Part shown: positions 59,291-64,000 of the stretch, in pieces
How the letters are laid out: every line of letters starts with the position of its first letter
Numbering within the stretch: position 1 is the stretch's first letter
IMG/VR virus record: IMGVR_UViG_3300045988_110327
Span: 18,057-82,056 of that record
Strand: one strand, 5' to 3'
DNA: 64,000 nucleotides
Source: a virus
Program-made: the position numbers and the translations under genes
Notes under the pieces: generated by a model
Told to the model about the DNA's origin: nothing
Databases searched by the model: none
Seen by the model: only the letters and a program-made list of their open reading frames with translations

Positions 59291-59291
59291 G

Positions 59292-59573
59292 TCACACTTC
59301 TTTCGTTAGTTTATCATAATATGCTTTCAATTCCGGTGAAGCATATTCCATAAATGCCTCAAATAAACATGGTACTTCTACTATCGCGTATATAGCGCAC
59401 CCTTTCATCGTTGAAAGCTGTTCAAGATCATTACTGTACAGGCACGTAACATAAGCACCTACATTAAATACATGTAAATCTATCCTTACGTATTCCATAC
59501 ATAAAGATAATGACTTAAACAAATCCTTTACATCATTCTTATCAAAGAGTTCTACAAATTCTCTCAATTTCAT
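59292..59573 (-). CDS. hypothetical protein, 93 aa
   Basis: ORF. Confidence 0.5.
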   Translation of the reverse strand: MKLREFVELFDKNDVKDLFKSLSLCMEYVRIDLHVFNVGAYVTCLYSNDLEQLSTMKGCAIYAIVEVPCLFEAFMEYASPELKAYYDKLTKEV

Positions 59574-59953
59574 CTTACTACCCTTTCCACGTGTTTAATT
59601 AATACTACTGCCATCCCTTTGCCGGTTTTTATCGCACATTCCGATCCTTTTATCCATTCTACACATCCTACATACTTTTCTGTAGAATGAAAACCTGGAT
59701 TGTATTTCCCGGATGTACTAAACTCTACCGTATCCCCTACCTTCAGATCCTCAAAAGCAATAGCCCATGTGGTCCAAATTCTATCATGTCTTCCAGGCTG
59801 AATGGCTCCGATTACACCTTCCTTACGACCGTTTTTTATTGCCTTTAGTATTATCTTTCTATCACCTTCAATAAGGCTGCAAAAACGCCCATAAAAGGTC
59901 AAATCAACCTGTTTTCCTCCTATTTCTTCTCTTATTTTTGTTATTCTGTTCAT
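59570..59953 (-). CDS. hypothetical protein, 127 aa
   Basis: ORF with A-rich leader. Confidence 0.55.
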   Translation of the reverse strand: MNRITKIREEIGGKQVDLTFYGRFCSLIEGDRKIILKAIKNGRKEGVIGAIQPGRHDRIWTTWAIAFEDLKVGDTVEFSTSGKYNPGFHSTEKYVGCVEWIKGSECAIKTGKGMAVVLIKHVERVVR

Positions 59954-60197
59954 TTTCTGATTTTGTTTTATTTTTTTCTTTGTTTTTTCTATCTTCTATA
60001 GAAGATGATAATAACATTATCTTTTCTATGTTACTTTTTGACTGTAAAAAAGAATCGCATTTCATTACTACTACGATCTTCTTAAGTTCTCCATTATCAT
60101 ACAGCGATACACGCATCATGTTTTGCGCCTCGTCCACTATCAGACCTGGAGTAGTCTTAGCCATTTTGCGTAGCTTATTATACTCCGGTCTTTCCAT
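59904..60197 (-). CDS. hypothetical protein, 97 aa, Lys/Asn-rich tail (uncertain; overlaps next gene by 50 nt)
   Basis: ORF; C-terminus encoded in A-rich leader of downstream gene. Confidence 0.35.
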   Translation of the reverse strand: MERPEYNKLRKMAKTTPGLIVDEAQNMMRVSLYDNGELKKIVVVMKCDSFLQSKSNIEKIMLLSSSIEDRKNKEKNKTKSENEQNNKNKRRNRRKTG

Positions 60198-60462
60198 TTC
60201 CTCTGTTTATTACTCTATAGTATTTATCTTTATCTCCCTCTTCCAACTTCTCCAAATAGAAAATTCCATCATGCAAATGAGACAAACAAAACCTGTATCC
60301 GTATTTCTGCGTTCTTCTTACATGATCCCGCAATCTTATCTCTTCACTTTTGTCTTGTACTTTGATTTTAATACTGTCTCCTTCTTTGATTGTGTATAAA
60401 ATAGTTTGAATCTCTTCTTTTTTCATCTTATAAAATATTTTAACGGCAGCACCTATACTCAC
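60178..60462 (-). CDS. hypothetical protein, 94 aa
   Basis: ORF. Confidence 0.5.
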   Translation of the reverse strand: MSIGAAVKIFYKMKKEEIQTILYTIKEGDSIKIKVQDKSEEIRLRDHVRRTQKYGYRFCLSHLHDGIFYLEKLEEGDKDKYYRVINRGNGKTGV

Positions 60463-60489
60463 GCACCACTACTGCCTTATGTTTAACAA

Positions 60490-61299
60490 TTAAATACTTA
60501 ACTCTTCAATGGTCAAGCCTTTTTCTTTTGCCCATTTTAACATCGAGCATAATTCTGTTTCTGATTTATATTTCGGATCACGCCACGCCCATCCGAATTT
60601 ATCCAGGACATGATGATATAATTCGTCGGCCTTTGCCGTGTAAATGTCTTTGAATAAATGCTCCGAACCTTCCGGTATAAGCATCTCTGTTGTTGCAAAA
60701 TCGGAATACGATAAACATCCGTAAGCATATTCTGTTATTTCACTCCACGCTTCTCCGGCTTTAAATCCAAATTCTTTTACAAAAGCCAAAGTTAGATACA
60801 TATTTAATAATATTGTTACATCATATCCCGAATCTGACTTTCTTTCTATTATTTTCTTTTCAAATTCCTTTAAATCTTCAGGTCCTAAAAAGATGTATCC
60901 TGATACCGACCGATAATTAGCCTCCGCATACTTCTTGCATTTATCATCATTAACAATCTTACCAATGTTAGATAACATCTTTTGCCTCCATTCATCACAA
61001 AACTCTACCTCTACGTTTATCCAATCGGTACCATAATTGTATTCTTTTGGATGTCCGACCGATATTACCTTTATGTTATTCACACCATATTCATAAAGGC
61101 GTTCGCCCACCTTATTCGCCCATTCCTGCACAAAAGGAATAAACTTATTGCAATAAGAATCAAAATCAAAATCTAATTCCTCCTCATATTCCGGCATCTC
61201 TTCATAATCTTTTTCAAAGAAATATCGAGGATCTGCTATTGTTTCATAGAAACTTACGTTAATGAAACAAAACTCGTTGGTTGTCGTTTTTAATATCAC
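60490..61299 (-). CDS. hypothetical protein, 269 aa
   Basis: ORF. Confidence 0.6.
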   Translation of the reverse strand: MILKTTTNEFCFINVSFYETIADPRYFFEKDYEEMPEYEEELDFDFDSYCNKFIPFVQEWANKVGERLYEYGVNNIKVISVGHPKEYNYGTDWINVEVEFCDEWRQKMLSNIGKIVNDDKCKKYAEANYRSVSGYIFLGPEDLKEFEKKIIERKSDSGYDVTILLNMYLTLAFVKEFGFKAGEAWSEITEYAYGCLSYSDFATTEMLIPEGSEHLFKDIYTAKADELYHHVLDKFGWAWRDPKYKSETELCSMLKWAKEKGLTIEELSI

Positions 61300-61550
61300 A
61301 GCTTTTTGTATTTACGTACATTTTTCTTGCCATAGAATCTACACATGGCACGAATCTGACTATAAAATACTTTTGTCCTCCTGGCCTCAAAGTATTTAAA
61401 CATTTCTTCATTCTTTGTTTCCCAAACGTAATCCGTTTGGGAACTCATATGATTTTTGTCCTTGCGTGAATAATGGTAATATGATACCACAACACGTTTC
61501 GCGCCATTCCTTACAGGTACGATATTCACATCTATGTTATTATCTGTCAT
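61296..61550 (-). CDS. hypothetical protein, 84 aa
   Basis: ORF. Confidence 0.5.
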   Translation of the reverse strand: MTDNNIDVNIVPVRNGAKRVVVSYYHYSRKDKNHMSSQTDYVWETKNEEMFKYFEARRTKVFYSQIRAMCRFYGKKNVRKYKKL

Positions 61551-61584
61551 ATTATTATTGTTTTATGCATTATACAAATACAAA

Positions 61585-61620
61585 GAGCGCATACCTTCAC
61601 AGGCCGGCGCTCCTTTCAAT
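61585..61620 (-). terminator. terminator-like bulged hairpin (AAAGGAGCGC...GCGCUCUUUG) followed by UAUUUGUAUAAU on minus strand
   Basis: Inverted repeat in 110 bp intergenic gap. Confidence 0.35.
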
Positions 61621-61659
61621 AAAAATAAAAAAACTAACATTAACATAAAAATCCGTTTT

Positions 61660-61887
61660 CTACTTCTTATGTTTTAATCTTTTAATGGCATCCTTCCTTG
61701 AGTATGCCATTACTTTGGTTCCATTAATGTCAAATTCTTTTTCTATTCTGACAATCTTTTCTCTTCTATATGTAGATTGCATTCCTTTTCCCCTTTTAGT
61801 ATTTAGCACAAAGGCATCATCTCCGCACATTGCAGCTATTATCATAGGGAGCAACAGACCTCTGTATTTCATATTTTCCCTCCACAA
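61660..61887 (-). CDS. hypothetical protein, 75 aa
   Basis: ORF. Confidence 0.45.
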   Translation of the reverse strand: MWRENMKYRGLLLPMIIAAMCGDDAFVLNTKRGKGMQSTYRREKIVRIEKEFDINGTKVMAYSRKDAIKRLKHKK

Positions 61888-62099
61888 TTATTATATCTGC
61901 CATATTCGTTTCTTCCATCATTCCGTATTTCAAAAATCATCTTCTTATGATCTTTGCCTGGTAACTTATCCTTAACAGCCGATATTACGCCCGCTATAGA
62001 CGTGAATCCCGAATCTGTTATTGAACACAGTAACACACCTCTGTCGGCTCCGGTGCTTATCGCTGACGCCTTTATAATATCATTCTTATATATTCTCAT
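61869..62099 (-). CDS. hypothetical protein, 76 aa
   Basis: ORF. Confidence 0.45.
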   Translation of the reverse strand: MRIYKNDIIKASAISTGADRGVLLCSITDSGFTSIAGVISAVKDKLPGKDHKKMIFEIRNDGRNEYGRYNNCGGKI

Positions 62100-62120
62100 A
62101 ACTTTTTTGTTTTATTGTTT

Positions 62121-62215
62121 GTGAGATGCCCAGAATCGAACCAGGACCGGCACATACGCACCGGCACGCCGCGTCATCCCCTCTATGATGCAGAAATAGG
62201 CATGCCTATCCTCAC
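62121..62215 (-). tRNA. tRNA-like element: canonical T-arm (CCUGG-UUCGAUU-CUGGG) + acceptor 3' strand; full cloverleaf not resolved (fragment, intron-containing tRNA or tRNA-like RNA)
   Basis: GGTTCGATTC T-loop consensus on minus strand in a GC-rich island 22 nt upstream of a start codon. Confidence 0.3.
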
Positions 62216-62274
62216 GAACCGACAGGCCAAAACCCAAAACTTAATTTGATGAATAAAATAGATTAACAAAAATA

Positions 62275-62589
62275 CTATTCTAATTCTTTTATAATATCTT
62301 TCACAATATTCAGCCTTACCTCCTTCGTCTCTGGACTAAGACAACCAAACCACCCATAAAACGTTCTTGTTTCCTCTGGTTCTGTGGCCATACTTATCTT
62401 CTCTTCCAATTCCGGGAAATATATTCTCACCATTTCGTCTGAACGAAACTCATAGATATTTTTATGTGTTTTGAAATACATAAACACTACATTTCTTAAC
62501 GCAACACATATGTATTCCCCATCCTCTAACCTATCAATCATCTCATATACCTTTTTCCATATGAATAATCGCTCTTCTTTTGTAAACAT
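62275..62589 (-). CDS. hypothetical protein, 104 aa
   Basis: ORF. Confidence 0.55.
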   Translation of the reverse strand: MFTKEERLFIWKKVYEMIDRLEDGEYICVALRNVVFMYFKTHKNIYEFRSDEMVRIYFPELEEKISMATEPEETRTFYGWFGCLSPETKEVRLNIVKDIIKELE

Positions 62590-62639
62590 AAATTCGGCAT
62601 CGCAGCAAACTATTTTATCAACTTCAATCTTCTTCTTCT

Positions 62640-62987
62640 TTATTTTTGTGGTATTATTTGACTGTATGCAGACTTTTCCATGTACACAACACTATGTTCC
62701 TGTCCAAACATTTTCTTTGCCGCCTCTTTCTTTATCGCACAATATCTTCCTGTACGATACGGATTCTTTTGATCTGATCCATCCTCGACTTCGATAATAA
62801 AACAGCCTCCGTCATCTATTATCTTTTTGCAATCGTCACATACTCCGCCCGTGCATATATGATGCGGCGCCTGACCTTTGATATTATTTCCTAATAAAGC
62901 AATCCCCATCTCTTCGCCACATATCATGCAGACTTCTATAGACGGATTCAATCCGTGCTCTGGGTGTAATGTGATACCATCTTTCAT
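62640..62987 (-). CDS. Cys-rich protein (~115 aa; start MKDGITLHPEH at 62987 with AAGGAGG SD; CMICGEE...CTGGVCDDC)
   Basis: ORF track start 63062 would overlap the tRNA-like element; internal ATG has strong SD. Confidence 0.55.
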   Translation of the reverse strand: MKDGITLHPEHGLNPSIEVCMICGEEMGIALLGNNIKGQAPHHICTGGVCDDCKKIIDDGGCFIIEVEDGSDQKNPYRTGRYCAIKKEAAKKMFGQEHSVVYMEKSAYSQIIPQK

Positions 62988-63016
62988 TTTCTTTCCTCCT
63001 TTGTTTTTAATGTTGT

Positions 63017-63090
63017 GTGAGATCGCCGGAATCGAACCGACCTGCTGCACCATGAATCCCATAAAGCAAACGCTCCGATCTTCGCAGACG
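63017..63090 (-). tRNA. second tRNA-like element: T-arm GUCGG-UUCGAUU-CCGGC + acceptor 3' strand GAUCUCA-C; 5' half not found
   Basis: Shares 5'-proximal sequence tgtgagatSc..gaatcgaacc with the element at 62121; 30 nt upstream of a start codon. Confidence 0.3.
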
Positions 63091-63141
63091 GGAGCGTTCT
63101 GTCTAAAGCATAAGAAAATTAATGAAGAAAATTTTTCTCAC

Positions 63142-63222
63142 TTACGACATAGCATCTAAAATAGCTATCAACACTATTTCTATGACAAGCATAATAGAGA
63201 ATGTCTTAAATATCTTTTTCAT
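63142..63222 (-). CDS. 26 aa hydrophobic peptide MKKIFKTFSIMLVIEIVLIAILDAMS with strong SD (AAGGAGGAG)
   Basis: Single predicted TM helix; antisense to hypothetical + ORF 63122..63316. Confidence 0.3.
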   Translation of the reverse strand: MKKIFKTFSIMLVIEIVLIAILDAMS

Positions 63223-63329
63223 ATCTCCTCCTTTTTTATCTGTTCTTTTCACGTTCCACAATAAACTGTTCCGGCTCTGCTCCGACCTACGCCCTACCTA
63301 CAACCGCAGGCCTTAGCCCAAGACGCCGC

Positions 63330-63599
63330 CTACTCCCCCTCTATGGCAGCCTGTTCGTACCTACAAATCCGGTCTCCATCTACACAACTAACACTACGCG
63401 ATAACAAACATTTATCCTTATAACAATCATAAAAAATACACCTCTCACAACTGTAATCCTTGACGTCTACACAGCTAACTACCTTAGCATATACTATACC
63501 ATCACTGCCTTCTATTCCTTTCACCCCAAAAATAGAACCTTCTACTTCTTTACTCAAATCTAAATCGGGTGCAAAATCATATACGTTCATACCATCCAT
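63330..63599 (-). CDS. first gene of minus-strand early block: Cys-rich 89 aa protein (CVDVKDYSCERCIFYDCYKDKC...C)
   Basis: ORF immediately downstream of repeat/iteron region. Confidence 0.5.
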   Translation of the reverse strand: MDGMNVYDFAPDLDLSKEVEGSIFGVKGIEGSDGIVYAKVVSCVDVKDYSCERCIFYDCYKDKCLLSRSVSCVDGDRICRYEQAAIEGE

Positions 63600-63682
63600 A
63601 TTTTAATTGTTAAACATTCCTCTTAAAAAAAAATACTCACATAATGCAGTCCTTAGCCCTTAATCTGTTGGAAGGAACCTAT

Positions 63683-63855
63683 ATTATGCTGTTTTAAGCT
63701 CCTGTTATACTTGATTTTGTGGAAATAATCCACATTATGCTGTTTTAAAGCACTGTAGGTCTTAATTTTGTGGAAATAATCCACATTATGCTGTTTTAAA
63801 GCACTGTAGGTCTTAATTTTGTGGAAATAATCCACATTATGCTGTTTTAAAACGC
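63683..63855. repeat. tandem array, 3.4 copies of a 51 bp unit; each unit contains inverted repeat TGTGGAAATAATCCACA with a DnaA-box-like 9-mer TAATCCACA
   Basis: Units at 63683, 63734, 63785 and partial 63836; copies 2 and 3 identical. Confidence 0.85.
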
Positions 63856-63865
63856 TTATCTATTG

Positions 63866-64000
63866 AAGTTTGTTGGATTGAAGTTTGTTGGATTGAATTT
63901 TGTCGGATTGAAGTTTGTTGGATTGAATTTTGTCGGATTGAATTTTGTCGGTAGGAAGTTTGTTGGATTGAAGTTTGTTGGTAGGAATTTTGTTGGATTG
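63866..64000. repeat. iteron array: at least 9 direct copies of 15 bp AAKTTTGTYGGWWKG, running to window edge
   Basis: Perfect 15 bp periodicity with two alternating variants (aagtttgttggattg / aattttgtcggattg). Confidence 0.85.

Noticed and set aside
62121-63090. Calling the two tRNA-like elements as complete, isotype-assigned tRNA genes
   Set aside because: Only the T-arm and 3' acceptor strand fold convincingly, and no complementary 5' acceptor strand or D/anticodon arms could be paired by eye. They are reported as tRNA-like fragments at low confidence instead.
63653-63835. 60 aa ORF (MDYFHKIKTYSALKQHNVDYFHKIKTY...)
   Set aside because: It is simply the translation of the 51 bp tandem repeats, so its periodic amino-acid sequence is an artefact.
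63683-64000. Possible CRISPR array
   Set aside because: Repeat units abut directly with no unique spacers, no cas genes are present, and the units are degenerate iteron-like direct repeats.
1-64000. Diversity-generating retroelement, retron, integrase/lysogeny module, CRISPR-Cas, rRNA
   Set aside because: No reverse-transcriptase YxDD box, no tyrosine or serine recombinase motifs, no cas-like proteins and no rRNA-like conserved stretches were recognised in any long ORF or intergenic region. The tandem repeats at the 3' end look like iterons rather than TR/VR pairs.

Overview
The window reads as a ~64 kb internal segment of a large tailed dsDNA phage, AT-rich and arranged in two convergent transcription blocks. 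I infer a crAss-like (Crassvirales-type) phage of a Bacteroidota host from four observations: a DUF4494-like protein, a Bacteroidota-style lipoprotein export signal, an outer-membrane beta-barrel gene, and A-rich leaders that mostly lack Shine-Dalgarno sites. Block 1 (plus strand, 1-26215) is a virion/structural module. It holds giant ORFs of 1022, 2214, 759 and 2138 aa, interrupted at 12.8-19.8 kb by a terminator-bounded cassette of small, translationally coupled accessory genes. One of those encodes a DUF2829/Tad2-like domain. Block 2 (minus strand, 26.8-63.6 kb) is a replication and early module. It carries a DnaB-like helicase, a DnaG-like primase, an SF2 DECH helicase split by a LAGLIDADG intein, a Cas4-like Fe-S nuclease, a second PD-(D/E)XK nuclease, an HNH-like protein and a MazG-like dNTP pyrophosphohydrolase domain protein. 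It also contains an unusual membrane module of flotillin (SPFH) plus NfeD plus a serine-less ACP-like protein, and a self-contained moron encoding an outer-membrane beta-barrel protein (frameshifted in a homopolymer) with a surface-type lipoprotein. Roughly 40 small early genes of unknown function follow, among them acidic DNA-mimic-like and Cys-rich zinc-ribbon proteins. The block is headed by two tRNA-like 3' elements, a tiny SD-led hydrophobic peptide and a tandem-repeat/iteron region (3.4 copies of a 51 bp unit, at least 9 copies of a 15 bp unit) that looks like an origin or early control region. No integrase, CRISPR array, reverse transcriptase or rRNA was seen. Nothing was searched against a database; all assignments come from motifs recognised by eye.
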